Source of the DNA: Planctomycetota bacterium
GTDB taxonomy: Bacteria > Planctomycetota > Planctomycetia > Gemmatales > Gemmataceae
NCBI GenBank assembly: GCA_016195405.1
Contig: JACPZP010000125.1
Location: forward strand, 21,665 to 85,664
Length of the DNA stretch: 64,000 nt
Direction: 5' to 3'
Below are positions 1 to 9,497 of the stretch, in pieces. A program made the translations under genes and the position numbers. Every line of letters starts with the position of its first letter. The first letter of the stretch is position 1. The notes under the pieces were generated by a model. That model worked only from the letters and a program-made list of their open reading frames with translations, made no database searches and was not told the DNA's origin.

Positions 1-832
1 TTTCGTTGCCCTTGCTCTTGGACATTTTCTCCGTGCCGGTTTTCATCAGCCCATTGTGCATCCAGTAGTGCACGAAGGGCTCGCCATTGAAGGACTCCGA
101 TTGGGCCAATTCGTTTTCGTGGTGCGGGAACTGCAAGTCGAGGCCGCCGCCATGGATGTCGAGTGTGGTTCCCAGAAGCTTCATGCTCATGGCCGAGCAT
201 TCGATGTGCCAGCCCGGCCGGCCCTTACCCCAGGGACTTTCCCAGAACGGCTCGCCCGGCTTAGCGCCTTTCCAGAGCGCGAAGTCGCCGGGGTTGCGCT
301 TGCGGTCGCTGACTTCGATTCTCGCGCCGGCTTCCATTTGCTCTGGGTCGCGGTGGCAGAGTTTGCCGTAATCCTCGTCCTTGGTGACGTCGAAATACAC
401 ATCGCCGGCCGCGGGGTAGGCGAAACCCTTGTCAACAAGAACTTTGATCATCTGGATAATGGCGTCGACATGGTGGGTCGCGCGCGGCAAATGGTCGACG
501 CCGGTGACGTTGAGGATTTCCAGGTTCTTGACGTAATCCTTGGTGATTCGCTCAGCCAATTCCGGGACAGTCGTATTCTGCTTGGCCGCCTCGACGATGA
601 GTTTATCGTCGATGTCCGTGATGTTGACGACGAAGGTAACCTCGTAGCCGAGGTACGACAGGTAGCGCTTGACGGTATCGAAAATCACCGGCCCAACCAT
701 GTGTCCCAGATGGCTTGGCTTGTAAACCGTCGGCCCGCATAGGTAGATGCCGACCTTGCCGGGCACGACCGTGACGAAGGGTTCCTTTTGCCGGGTCAGC
801 GTGTTGTAGACATGAAGATCGTTCGCTTCCAT
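1..832 (-). CDS. cysS: Cysteinyl-tRNA synthetase, N-terminal ~277 codons (gene runs off the window start)
   Basis: Reverse-strand translation from the ATG at 832 gives [19 protein letters not shown]...KMSKS, with the HIGH-like and KMSKS class I aaRS motifs and the CysS-specific Zn-binding region. The listed + strand ORF 56..742 is its antisense shadow. Confidence 0.85.
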   Translation of the reverse strand, partial: MEANDLHVYNTLTRQKEPFVTVVPGKVGIYLCGPTVYKPSHLGHMVGPVIFDTVKRYLSYLGYEVTFVVNITDIDDKLIVEAAKQNTTVPELAERITKDYVKNLEILNVTGVDHLPRATHHVDAIIQMIKVLVDKGFAYPAAGDVYFDVTKDEDYGKLCHRDPEQMEAGARIEVSDRKRNPGDFALWKGAKPGEPFWESPWGKGRPGWHIECSAMSMKLLGTTLDIHGGGLDLQFPHHENELAQSESFNGEPFVHYWMHNGLMKTGTEKMSKSKGNE

Positions 833-847
833 CTTTCCCCTCTTCTG

Positions 848-915
848 TAGGACGGTTTTGCAAACCGTCCTTTGCATATGCGGTCCAAGAGGGACGGATT
901 GAAAATCCGTCCTAC
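848..915. repeat. Pair of palindromic REP-like elements (GTAGGACGGTTTTGCAAACCGTCCT and GGGACGGATTGAAAATCCGTCCTAC) between cysS and ispF
   Basis: Two hairpin-forming units with GGACGG...CCGTCC arms. The same family recurs at 48272..48327. The second unit overlaps the ispF TAG stop. Confidence 0.7.
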
Positions 916-1385
916 GTGTTCTCAATCAACGCTATGACTTGGCAGGCGATGGCTTCGGACCGGCCGATGGCGCCGACCTGCTCGCCGGTCTTCGCTTTGA
1001 CGTTGACGGCATCGGCCGGCAAGCCCAAGAGGCCGGCGAGGCGGTCGCGCATCCTCGCCTTGAGCGGCCCCAATTTCGGTTCCTGGGCGAAAATGATGAC
1101 ATCCACGTTGACGGGTCGAAACCCCTTCTGGTTCAGACGCTCTAAGGTTTCCCTCACGAAGAAGGAAGAATCGCGGTCTTTATGGACGGGATCGCTATCA
1201 GGATAGAAGTCGCCGATGTCGCCGAGCCCCGCAGCGCCGAGCAGAGCATCGGTCAAGGCATGGAGGACGACATCCGCATCGCTATGTCCGACCAGACCGC
1301 GGGGATGCTCGATATGCAGCCCGCCCAAGATCAAGGGCCGGCCGGGCGCCAAGCGATGGGTGTCGTGTCCGATGCCGACGCGCAT
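912..1385 (-). CDS. ispF: 2-C-methyl-D-erythritol 2,4-cyclodiphosphate synthase
   Basis: 157 aa. [12 protein letters not shown]...[18 protein letters not shown]...GDIG is the canonical IspF signature. Confidence 0.9.
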   Translation of the reverse strand: MRVGIGHDTHRLAPGRPLILGGLHIEHPRGLVGHSDADVVLHALTDALLGAAGLGDIGDFYPDSDPVHKDRDSSFFVRETLERLNQKGFRPVNVDVIIFAQEPKLGPLKARMRDRLAGLLGLPADAVNVKAKTGEQVGAIGRSEAIACQVIALIENT

Positions 1386-1462
1386 GAGGAATCCGTCCCG
1401 TTCGAAAGATGCACTGGATACGTGATTCTAGCGAAGGAGCAGGAATGAAGGCAACGCGAGAA

Positions 1463-1885
1463 TCAATCGGCCCAGTTTTCGATTCTCAATTGAGGAATAC
1501 CCTGAAAATCACTGCGGTTTCGCGTTACCAAGACCGCATTCTTTCGAGCCAGCGCGATGCTGGCGATGAGCAGATCGGCACGGCCGCGTTTCTTCATGCC
1601 CCTGATCTTACTGAGCCGTTGCCAAATCTCGACCGCATGGTTGTCAAAAGCTAGTACTTTCCAAGGTGCCAAGGAATCTTCGAGTTCCAGAAGGAATCGC
1701 TGGGCTCGCAGGAGGTCTGGTCCAGTGCTGGCCTTCAACAAATGGTCAAATCGGCCACGAAGGAGTTCGATCCTGGTAATAATGGAGATTGTGATTTCGT
1801 CTTGAGTAGTCTCAACTTTTCGTTGGACAGTCGTGTCTCCCGCAAAAAAAAGCGAGAGCATGTCCGTATCAAGGATGAACATCAA
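1463..1885 (-). CDS. vapC: PIN-domain toxin (VapC family)
   Basis: 140 aa. N-terminal ILDTDMLS with downstream acidic residues is typical of PIN/VapC. 4-bp overlap with the upstream small DNA-binding gene. Confidence 0.75.
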   Translation of the reverse strand: MMFILDTDMLSLFFAGDTTVQRKVETTQDEITISIITRIELLRGRFDHLLKASTGPDLLRAQRFLLELEDSLAPWKVLAFDNHAVEIWQRLSKIRGMKKRGRADLLIASIALARKNAVLVTRNRSDFQGIPQLRIENWAD

Positions 1886-2280
1886 TCGTTTCCATCACCG
1901 ATCGGGTGTCGTCGACGCTCCTTGTAGATCTCTTCAACGAGCTTGGAGAATGAGGGGTCGTCCTTGAATATTCCTGCAGATTTCAGAATCTGCTTCTTGC
2001 GATGGTTCCGACACAACCATTCTTCTAGCGCGGATTTCAAGAATCGCCATTTTCGCCCGATCAGTCTACCGGGAATATCCGTTTTCTTCGCTAGTTCTCG
2101 GGTTTCCCGACTTGTTAGGCGCAGGAAGCCTGCGGCCTCTTCCAGAGTAAGGACTTCATGCTTTGGTGCGAAGTCGTTCATTATTCCGCTCGATACAAAG
2201 GTGTCGTCTGTTCTTTCCCTCATTTTCTCCGTTGCAAGTGAATCTCGCAACCGCAATTGGGCAGGCGCCGAATCGCTCAA
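1882..2280 (-). CDS. HTH (excisionase/MerR-like) DNA-binding protein, probable VapB-type antitoxin
   Basis: 132 aa. LTLEEAAGFLRLTSRETRELAKKTDIPGRLIGRKWRF helix-turn-helix. Translationally coupled upstream of vapC. Confidence 0.55.
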   Translation of the reverse strand: MSDSAPAQLRLRDSLATEKMRERTDDTFVSSGIMNDFAPKHEVLTLEEAAGFLRLTSRETRELAKKTDIPGRLIGRKWRFLKSALEEWLCRNHRKKQILKSAGIFKDDPSFSKLVEEIYKERRRHPIGDGND

Positions 2281-3635
2281 ATGAAACTGGTGGAATGATC
2301 CACCGCGAAATTCTCGAATCGCATGAATTGCTTGATGTACATGAGGCTGACCTCGCCCGTCGGGCCGTTGCGCTGCTTGCCGACGATGACTTCGACCACG
2401 CCCTCTTGCTGGCCTGGCTCGTGCAGCTCGGGACGGTGCAAAAGCATCACCGTGTCGGCATCCTGCTCGATGGCGCCCGACTCGCGCAGGTCGCTCAGCC
2501 GGGGCCGGTGGTCCTGGCGGTCTTCCGAGCTGCGGTTCACTTGGGCCAGCGCCAGTACGGGAATCTTCAACTCGCGGGCCAGGAACTTCAGCCGGCGCGA
2601 GATGGCGGCGACTTGCTCCTGCCTGCTGTCCTTGCGGTTGTCCGGGTCAATGAGCTGGAGGTAATCGATGACCACGATGCGAATCTGATGGCGCACCTTC
2701 AGCCGGCGGGCGTTGGCGGCGATGCGGAGCATGTTTTGACCGGGGATGTCGTCGATGAACAAGGGCGCCTGCGTTAGGGTCTGGCCCCCTTCCATGAGCT
2801 GGGCCATCTCATCTGAAGACAGCGTGCCCTTGCGCAAGCGATGGCTGTCGACGCGGGCCTGGCTGCACAGGAGCCGCTCGGCGATCTCGATGCGCGATTG
2901 CTCCAGGCTGACGAAAAACGCCGGCATCTTCTCCTCGACGACGACGTGCCGAAGGATGTTGAGCGCGAAGCTGGTTTTGCCGACGCTGGGACGCGCAGCG
3001 ATGATGACCAGCTCCGAATCCTGCATGCCGGCGGTGAGACTGTCGAGATCGATGAATCCGCTCGGCACTCCGCTGTAATCCTGATGATCGCCTTTGCGCG
3101 TGTTGATGCGATCGTAGGCTTCGAAGATGGCGTCCTGTAGCGTGGTCGTGGTGCCGGTCACGCCCAATTCGGCGATCTCGAGCACGCGGCGCTCCGCGGA
3201 ATCGAGCAGCTCGTTGGCCGGCATCACTTGATCGTAGGCGTCGCGCTGCAGCTCGTTGCAAGCATGGATGAGATTGCGGACGATGGCCTTCTGGCGCACG
3301 ATCTCGGCGTAGTGGACGGCGTTGGCCGCGCTGGGGGCGGCTTCCCACAACTCCACGAGGTAGCCGTAACCGCCGATGTCCTGTATCAACTGCTTTTCGT
3401 TGAGATCGTTGGCCAGCGTGACCGGATCGGCCGCCTTGTGCTTGTCGAACAGGCCGGTGATGGACTCGTAGATCTTTTGATGGGCGAAGACGTAGAAGTC
3501 TTCATAGCGGCCGCCCAAGACGTTAATGACGTCGGGGATTATTTTGTTGTCGCGCAGCATCGCCCCGAGGACGCTGCGTTCGGCGTCCCGGTTGTGGGGG
3601 GGAAGCCGATCGGCTCCTTCCTGCGACTGGGCCAT
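2277..3635 (-). CDS. dnaB: Replicative DNA helicase
   Basis: 452 aa. N-terminal DnaB domain (ERSVLGAML), Walker A (ARPSVGKTSFAL), and RecA-like helicase motifs (VIDYLQL, QVNRSSE). Confidence 0.95.
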   Translation of the reverse strand: MAQSQEGADRLPPHNRDAERSVLGAMLRDNKIIPDVINVLGGRYEDFYVFAHQKIYESITGLFDKHKAADPVTLANDLNEKQLIQDIGGYGYLVELWEAAPSAANAVHYAEIVRQKAIVRNLIHACNELQRDAYDQVMPANELLDSAERRVLEIAELGVTGTTTTLQDAIFEAYDRINTRKGDHQDYSGVPSGFIDLDSLTAGMQDSELVIIAARPSVGKTSFALNILRHVVVEEKMPAFFVSLEQSRIEIAERLLCSQARVDSHRLRKGTLSSDEMAQLMEGGQTLTQAPLFIDDIPGQNMLRIAANARRLKVRHQIRIVVIDYLQLIDPDNRKDSRQEQVAAISRRLKFLARELKIPVLALAQVNRSSEDRQDHRPRLSDLRESGAIEQDADTVMLLHRPELHEPGQQEGVVEVIVGKQRNGPTGEVSLMYIKQFMRFENFAVDHSTSFI

Positions 3636-4147
3636 TATTTCTTCTCAGGAGTATTCGAGCGCACCACGAGGACTTGCACCTTGGCCTCGGTGTCATAACC
3701 CAGGTTGAGGTTCACCTCGTAGAGGGCGCATTCCTTGATGGCGCCTTCGAGACGCACCATTTCCGGCTCGACTTTCAGGTTTTTGCCCTTGAGCGCCTTG
3801 GATATCTCCGGCGCCCCGACCGAGCCGTAGAGATGGCCTTCTTCGTTGGCGTTGGCCTCGATCGTCAAATGTTGCACGCGCGCGATCTGCTCGGCCAGCG
3901 CCTTAAGGTCGGCGATCTTGGCCTCGCGGGCCTGGTTGACGCGCTGCTTGTAAAGCTCCAGAAGCTTCAGGTTGTGCGGCGTCGGTATCGTGGCCAAGCC
4001 GTTGGGCACGAGATAATTTCGGCCATAGCCCGCCTTGACCTCGACGAGGTCGCCCTGCTTGCCGAGGTGGGCGACGTCCTCGGTCAAAACGAGCTGCATG
4101 CCGCCGTGCTTGCCCTTCAAGATTTGATTGCGTTTTCTGGTTTGCAT
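3635..4147 (-). CDS. rplI: 50S ribosomal protein L9 (true start probably the internal Met, MQLVLTEDV)
   Basis: MQLVLTEDVAHLGKQGDLVEVKAGYGRNYLVP matches the L9 N-domain consensus. Confidence 0.9.
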   Translation of the reverse strand: MQTRKRNQILKGKHGGMQLVLTEDVAHLGKQGDLVEVKAGYGRNYLVPNGLATIPTPHNLKLLELYKQRVNQAREAKIADLKALAEQIARVQHLTIEANANEEGHLYGSVGAPEISKALKGKNLKVEPEMVRLEGAIKECALYEVNLNLGYDTEAKVQVLVVRSNTPEKK

Positions 4148-4175
4148 ATTTCAGTCGCTCATTACGGGACAAGTT

Positions 4176-4658
4176 CTAAAACGGGATGTCTTCTTCGGGT
4201 CGACCCGGCGGGGGCGGCTCCATGCCGGGATCATGCGGCTCGAAGCCATCGCCGCTCGACGGCTGGGGAGCGCGCGCCGGTGCTGCGGGACGCGATCCGC
4301 CGTCATAATTGCGCGGCTCAAGATATTGGAAGTTGTCCACGGTGACCTTCAGCTTCGACCGCTTCTGACCATCTTGGGCCGTCCACTGATCGAGCTTCAA
4401 GTGACCTTCAATGAACAGTTGCTGGCCCTTGCGAAGGTTCTGTTCCACCATATCGGCCTGCTTGCCGGTTTCCCCACGGTTAAATGCTTCCACGTCAATG
4501 AAAACCGGATCGTCTTCCCACTGTCCTGTCTGCTGGTTTTTCTTGCGATTGTTCACTGCAAACCCGAACATGGCCACCTTGCCGCCGTTTGCGAATGCGC
4601 GCGTTTCGGGGTCGCGCGTAAGCCGGCCGATCAGCATCACCTTGTTGAGATTTGCCAT
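4176..4658 (-). CDS. ssb: Single-stranded DNA-binding protein
   Basis: 160 aa. OB fold (MLIGRLTRDPE), Gly/Pro-rich linker and the canonical acidic C-terminus EEDIPF. Ends with a TAG stop. Confidence 0.95.
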   Translation of the reverse strand: MANLNKVMLIGRLTRDPETRAFANGGKVAMFGFAVNNRKKNQQTGQWEDDPVFIDVEAFNRGETGKQADMVEQNLRKGQQLFIEGHLKLDQWTAQDGQKRSKLKVTVDNFQYLEPRNYDGGSRPAAPARAPQPSSGDGFEPHDPGMEPPPPGRPEEDIPF

Positions 4659-4737
4659 TGTGGGCCTCGCTGGTTTCTAGGAATGGATTCGTGACCAGCC
4701 GATACTATACATTAGTCGATCATCGTCCGCCAACATT

Positions 4738-5181
4738 TTATTCGCGCGCTTCAGCTTTTTTTCTCCTCGGCCCTTCATCCATCCCGTTGATACTAGGCGC
4801 CATTCCGCCTTCGCCGGGTTCTTCCTGGATATTGTGCAGCGCGACCGCATGCTCCCCCTTGGCGATCGACAACATCGTGTCCACTAGCTTCGGATCGATG
4901 CGAAGGACCATCATCCGCAGGATCATTTCATTGAGCGCACAGTCATGCTCGATCTCTGCAAGATTCTTGCCTTCCGACGAGAAGTAAGTGAGGTAGTACA
5001 GGCCCTTCTTCTGGTTCCGGATGGGATAGGTCAAACGCCTTTCATCCCATGGCCGCGACACCAGCACTTCGGCATTGTGCTTTTCCAAGATGCCGCGAAG
5101 CGCTTTGTCCGCGGCGGGAACATCGCCGGCAACCTTGGACGTGTCGAGCACGAACATGCACTCATATACTTTCGCTGCCAT
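4738..5181 (-). CDS. rpsF: 30S ribosomal protein S6
   Basis: YECMFVLD...WDERRLTYPI is the S6 signature. Confidence 0.9.
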   Translation of the reverse strand: MAAKVYECMFVLDTSKVAGDVPAADKALRGILEKHNAEVLVSRPWDERRLTYPIRNQKKGLYYLTYFSSEGKNLAEIEHDCALNEMILRMMVLRIDPKLVDTMLSIAKGEHAVALHNIQEEPGEGGMAPSINGMDEGPRRKKAEARE

Positions 5182-5271
5182 TCATCCCTCAGTTTTTTGA
5201 ACGTAGCCGCAGGTTTTAACCTGCGGAAGTCGCAGCCTGAAGGCCGCGGCTACAAATTCGGTTTTCGAGTT

Positions 5272-5829
5272 TTACGCATTGTATTGATTCATGCACTTTT
5301 CGATGCCTTCGCGAATCCACTGCGACACGCCTTGGACCGCGCACTCAATTCCCTCCGCTATCGCCGGCTTCTCGCTGGGCCGAAACTTTCCAAGCACATG
5401 ATCGATGGCGCCGTCTTCGCTCGGTGCATCCACACCAATGCGCAGGCGGGGATAATCGCTCGTGCCTAGATGATTCTGAATGTCCCTCAGCCCGTTATGG
5501 CCGCCGTGCGTTCCTCGGGGGCGAAAACGCAGCTTTCCCAACGGCAAGTTGATGTCATCGCAAACCACTAACAGGTCCGGCGGCATCACCTGATAGAAGT
5601 CGATGATTTGCCGCACCGCCCGCCCGCTCAAGTTCATGAAGGTCTCGGGCTTCACCAGCAAGACCTTCTCGCCGTTTTCGTAAAGCTCGGCGACTAACGA
5701 ATCGAACCGCTCTTGAAACGCTGACGCCTCGGGCGCCTTGGCCAATCCATCAACCACCGCGTAGCCGACGTTATGCCGGGTGCCGTCGTAGCGCTTGCCC
5801 GGATTGCCCAAACCGACGACAACTTTCAT
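5272..5829 (-). CDS. pth: Peptidyl-tRNA hydrolase
   Basis: 185 aa. VGLGNPG...RHNVG...GHNGLRDI are the Pth motifs. Confidence 0.95.
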   Translation of the reverse strand: MKVVVGLGNPGKRYDGTRHNVGYAVVDGLAKAPEASAFQERFDSLVAELYENGEKVLLVKPETFMNLSGRAVRQIIDFYQVMPPDLLVVCDDINLPLGKLRFRPRGTHGGHNGLRDIQNHLGTSDYPRLRIGVDAPSEDGAIDHVLGKFRPSEKPAIAEGIECAVQGVSQWIREGIEKCMNQYNA

Positions 5830-5871
5830 GAGGCCACCCTTGAGAGCCTGCCCTTGCAGCGATTTCTCGGG

Positions 5872-6525
5872 CTATTTCTCGGGCTCCTCCTCGGGCACTT
5901 CCTTCTTCTTGGTGATGACTTCCGGCTCGGCCAGTTCGGTCGCGGCCGGAACGGCGGCAACCGTGGGCTCCGCCTCGACCTGCTTCTGAACCATCTGAAC
6001 CACGATGGCGTCGGGATCGTTCTTCACCACCACGCCCGGCGGCAATGTCAATTCGCGCACGTGGATCGCCACGCCGATCTGCAGCTCGGCGATGTTCACG
6101 CGGATCGACTCGGGGACGCTGATGACCGGGCATTCCACCACGAGATTGTGCAAGGGCTGATCGATGACGCCGCCCGCCGCCGCCCCAGCTGCCGTGCCGC
6201 GCAATTCCACGCGAACGTCCAGGGTAATGCGTTCATCCGCGGACACCCGGGCGAAATCGACGTGCAGGATGTCCTTGCCGAGATAGTCCCACTGCAGATC
6301 GCGAATCAGCGCCTTTTGCAGCTTCTCCCCCTGCTTTAGGTCGATGACGCGGGCGCCCGCTTTGACTGCCTTGAATAACTCGTCATGCGGCAGCGCCACC
6401 GATACCGTGGCCTCCTTGTGCCCATAGACGACGCCGGGGATTAATCCCTGCTGGCGCAGCTTCTTGGCGCCGTGACTGCCTCGGCCACTGCGGTCCTTGG
6501 CGACCAACACAACCGTTTCCGCCAT
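5872..6525 (-). CDS. rplY: 50S ribosomal protein L25 / general stress protein Ctc
   Basis: 217 aa. L25/Ctc beta-barrel N-domain with an acidic tail. GGAG RBS before the ATG at 6525. Confidence 0.9.
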   Translation of the reverse strand: MAETVVLVAKDRSGRGSHGAKKLRQQGLIPGVVYGHKEATVSVALPHDELFKAVKAGARVIDLKQGEKLQKALIRDLQWDYLGKDILHVDFARVSADERITLDVRVELRGTAAGAAAGGVIDQPLHNLVVECPVISVPESIRVNIAELQIGVAIHVRELTLPPGVVVKNDPDAIVVQMVQKQVEAEPTVAAVPAATELAEPEVITKKKEVPEEEPEK

Positions 6526-6537
6526 GACTGGCTCCTA

Positions 6538-6570
6538 CAAAAACAAAACAGAACACCGCGCGGGGTGTTC
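6538..6570 (-). terminator. Intrinsic-terminator-like hairpin (GAACACC/GGTGTTC stem plus U-rich tract), ending ~12 nt upstream of the rplY start codon
   Basis: Reading the minus strand: GAACACCccgcgcGGTGTTC followed by TGTTTTGTTTTTG. Sits between the WD40 gene stop and the rplY RBS. Confidence 0.55.
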
Positions 6571-6635
6571 CAGTTGCGGTCCGAAAATTGGAAAGAGGCA
6601 TTATAAAAAGGGAGCGTGTGAGTGACAAGTGAGTC

Positions 6636-6663
6636 GTTAGTGGTTAGTGGTTAGTGGTTAGTG
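6636..6663. repeat. Tandem heptamer (GTTAGTG) x4
   Basis: Perfect 4-copy tandem repeat, visible directly in the sequence. Confidence 0.9.
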
Positions 6664-6673
6664 TTTCATTCTG

Positions 6674-6762
6674 CGGAGGTGTGGCCGGGGCTGAGGCTTT
6701 GCGAAGCCCCGGCATCCCCGCCGCGACCAATTCCGGGGCTCTGAAGACTCAGCCCCGGCCAC
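6674..6762. repeat. 89-bp imperfect palindrome with perfect 15-bp terminal inverted repeats (GTGGCCGGGGCTGAG / CTCAGCCCCGGCCAC)
   Basis: Nested inverted repeats (GCCCCGG...CCGGGGC) between the WD40 gene stop and the rplY leader. Confidence 0.8.
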
Positions 6763-6775
6763 GTCTTCGCAAGCA

Positions 6776-9442
6776 TCATTGCACCTTGGCCCGTAAACGG
6801 GCCAAGGCTTGACGTGCCTCGATGGTAAGACGGGCGGTAGGATCGCCGGCGGCCCAGGCTTCCAAGAGCGTGCGTGCTTGAGAATTGCCCAGACGTTCCA
6901 ATACTTCCACTGCACGGAAATGCCGAAGCGCTTCGGGAGAATGGAATGGCTGCTCGAGTTCGACCAAGAGCTTTTCAATGCGCCGCGCGGCCTCCAAGGA
7001 CGAAGGTTTCACGAGAGCCTGACGCAACGGTCCTTCCGCGCGCGGCCCCAACTTGCGGAGGTCTTCCGTTGCTTTGGCGCGAACTTTGAATTCCCCATGA
7101 TCGAGGCCGGCCAAGAGCTTCTTAATCGTCTCCACAGGAGTTGGCTCTGCCGGGGGCAGCTGCTCCTTCAGAATTGCTACGCCGTCATCACGAGAAGCAA
7201 CGAATGTCCAGATTGCTTCATAGGCTTTAACGCCTTCCGATGCTGCTAGATCGGCCCACGCCGACATCAGCGCCTTCCGGTTCCGCTTTTCCTTGGGAAT
7301 TCCCTGCCGCCAAGAATCCGGCTCCAGGCCCCAGATATACGCCGACGTGAGCCCGCCCCCGGTAATCAACGTGTTGCAATCCGCCGAGAAGTTCATGGAA
7401 CTGTGCCAATGAAACTCGCTCTTGAATTCGAGGACCGGTTTTTGCGATGCCAGTTCCACCAGCCGCATCGTGATGCCGTCATTTTGGCGCCCGTCATAAC
7501 TCACGACGACATAGCGACCATCCGGCGAGAATGCAAATTCTCGGATTTGGATTTGGTCGCCAAGGGGATGAATGGCTCGCAGATATTTCCGGGTCTTTGT
7601 CTGAAACAGATGGATTGTCGCGGGATCGCTTACTCCCAAGACCTCTCCGTCCTCGGTAAACGCAAGATGCCGCAACCACGTGATGCGCGGATCGGCTATT
7701 GTCTGCTGACGCCCCGTTGCAGTTTCGATCAATTCAAACGGTCGCGGGCGAGGATTGTCAAGAATGCCGGCGCCTCGCGGGCCGATGGCGATCCAGCGCC
7801 CGTCGCGTGAAACCGCAGCCGCGGCATGAAAGGCGAGAACTGGCACCGTTGTGTTGAGTCTTTCCCTTCCGGAATCCATCTCCCACAAGCGCAGTACGCC
7901 TTGTGCACGCGTAAACCGTAGCGGATCGTCCTTGAGATCCTCGGACAAGATCGCGCCAACAATTTTGCCGTCAGCCGTGAACGTGATTACGGTCGTGGCG
8001 CCCCAGCCCTGAGAGCGACGCAAGTCCTGGTGTTCCTCACCCGTGGCGACATTCCATATTCGAGCAGTGCCGTCGTTTGAGACTGAAGCTATGAATTTGC
8101 CGTCGGGATCGAACCGCAAGCCGTGAATGCTGCTGATATGTCCATTTAGGGTGCGCAGGCAAATGCCGCTGACCCGATCCCACAGCTTGATGGTGTAGTC
8201 ATTACCCGCGGTCGCGATCATCTTGCCGTCGCGGGACAGATCTATCGCATAGACATCGCCGCAATGGCTGGTGCGCCCTGCCTTCTCTTTGGCAGTCGCG
8301 ACGTCCCAAAAACGAACAGAATGGCCATGCCCCCCGGCTACGGCCAATGTTTCACCATCAGGAGAGAACGCCAAACCGAGATCCTCGGGCCCCCGTCTCT
8401 CCAATAGGTCTCGCGCCTTACCGCTTCGCACATCAACCAAGGTGTCGAAGTCTAACCCTTCGGACCATGCGAGAGTCTTGCCGTCTAACGACAAAGCAAG
8501 GCCCCTTAAGTACCCTTCGGTTTCTTGACCCTTGTCTTGTTCGCCTCTAACTGGCCTCATCACGCCAGGAAACTGAGCCAGCTTTTCGCCTGTGAGCGGA
8601 TCCCAAATGCGTAAGGTGTTTTTTCCCCCAACCGATTTCTTGGACTTGAGGTAAAAGTGCTTGTACCCCGCATCCACGTAAAACTTGCCGTTCGCGGTGA
8701 TGAGCGAGGCTGCATCGGAGCGCTGCTCGTCCGGGCTTCCCAGCGCCTTTTCGCGCAGCTTGGCGCCGGTGACCGCATCGAACGTTCGCAGGTTGTAGAA
8801 TCGGTCGACCGAAAGCACCTGCTTGCCGTCAGGAGAGAAGCCGAGGACCTCCATCGGCGCCGCTTCGATCGAGATATTGAGTGCTTCCTTGAATTGAACG
8901 GCGTCCCAGACGACGATTCCTTCCTTTCCCTGTGAGACCAACTTGCCGTCAACAGAGAAAGCGAAAGGATGGCGCGCTTCGTCCGGCAAGCGAGCCAAGA
9001 TTTGCCCGCTTTTGACTTCAATCACACGAATCGGGTGCCCCTTGGCGCTCACCGCTACGCGCTGGCTGTCGGCCGAAAAGGCCAGATCCTCCACATCGGT
9101 CAACTGGTGAAGTTTCTTGCCGCTTCGCACATCCCACAAGATCGCGATTTGCGGCGCCTCGCCATGCGTCAGCCGCGGAATCGTAATCGAGGCAAGCAGA
9201 TTCCCGTCAGGCGAGTAGACCACCCTCCCAACGTAGCGATGCCGAAACCGTTCCGTGCCCAGGCGAAATAGCGCCCCCGCCGGCAAGGGGTCGCCAAAGC
9301 GATCAACCGTCGGAAAAATGCGGCCGTTCTCGGATTTTGCCGGCGGGGAATCCTGACTCCACGCGATGCTCGCATGCAGCAAGGACAGAGCCGCCATGTT
9401 CGCGATGAGTATCCACGATCGGCAAGAAGTGATTCGAAACAT
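6776..9442 (-). CDS. Secreted WD40 beta-propeller repeat protein with a C-terminal helical (HEAT-like) domain
   Basis: Signal peptide (MFRITSCRSWILIANMAALSLLHA) after a GGAGGA RBS at 9442. Many WD40-type repeats (LxGH...IWD, SxDG). Long alpha-helical C-terminal tail. Confidence 0.85.
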   Translation of the reverse strand: MFRITSCRSWILIANMAALSLLHASIAWSQDSPPAKSENGRIFPTVDRFGDPLPAGALFRLGTERFRHRYVGRVVYSPDGNLLASITIPRLTHGEAPQIAILWDVRSGKKLHQLTDVEDLAFSADSQRVAVSAKGHPIRVIEVKSGQILARLPDEARHPFAFSVDGKLVSQGKEGIVVWDAVQFKEALNISIEAAPMEVLGFSPDGKQVLSVDRFYNLRTFDAVTGAKLREKALGSPDEQRSDAASLITANGKFYVDAGYKHFYLKSKKSVGGKNTLRIWDPLTGEKLAQFPGVMRPVRGEQDKGQETEGYLRGLALSLDGKTLAWSEGLDFDTLVDVRSGKARDLLERRGPEDLGLAFSPDGETLAVAGGHGHSVRFWDVATAKEKAGRTSHCGDVYAIDLSRDGKMIATAGNDYTIKLWDRVSGICLRTLNGHISSIHGLRFDPDGKFIASVSNDGTARIWNVATGEEHQDLRRSQGWGATTVITFTADGKIVGAILSEDLKDDPLRFTRAQGVLRLWEMDSGRERLNTTVPVLAFHAAAAVSRDGRWIAIGPRGAGILDNPRPRPFELIETATGRQQTIADPRITWLRHLAFTEDGEVLGVSDPATIHLFQTKTRKYLRAIHPLGDQIQIREFAFSPDGRYVVVSYDGRQNDGITMRLVELASQKPVLEFKSEFHWHSSMNFSADCNTLITGGGLTSAYIWGLEPDSWRQGIPKEKRNRKALMSAWADLAASEGVKAYEAIWTFVASRDDGVAILKEQLPPAEPTPVETIKKLLAGLDHGEFKVRAKATEDLRKLGPRAEGPLRQALVKPSSLEAARRIEKLLVELEQPFHSPEALRHFRAVEVLERLGNSQARTLLEAWAAGDPTARLTIEARQALARLRAKVQ

Positions 9443-9497
9443 GGGATCCTCCAATGCGGAGCGGTCGCGTCACTCGATACTCATTACTCCATACGTA

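Noticed and set aside
56-742. 228-aa + strand ORF at the window start
   Set aside because: It is the antisense shadow of cysS. Its translation is low-complexity Val/Ala/Gly-rich, and the minus-strand translation is an unmistakable class I Cys-tRNA synthetase.
6636-6663. Possible CRISPR array
   Set aside because: Only a 7-bp unit repeated 4 times, with no spacers. No CRISPR-like repeat-spacer structure anywhere in the window.
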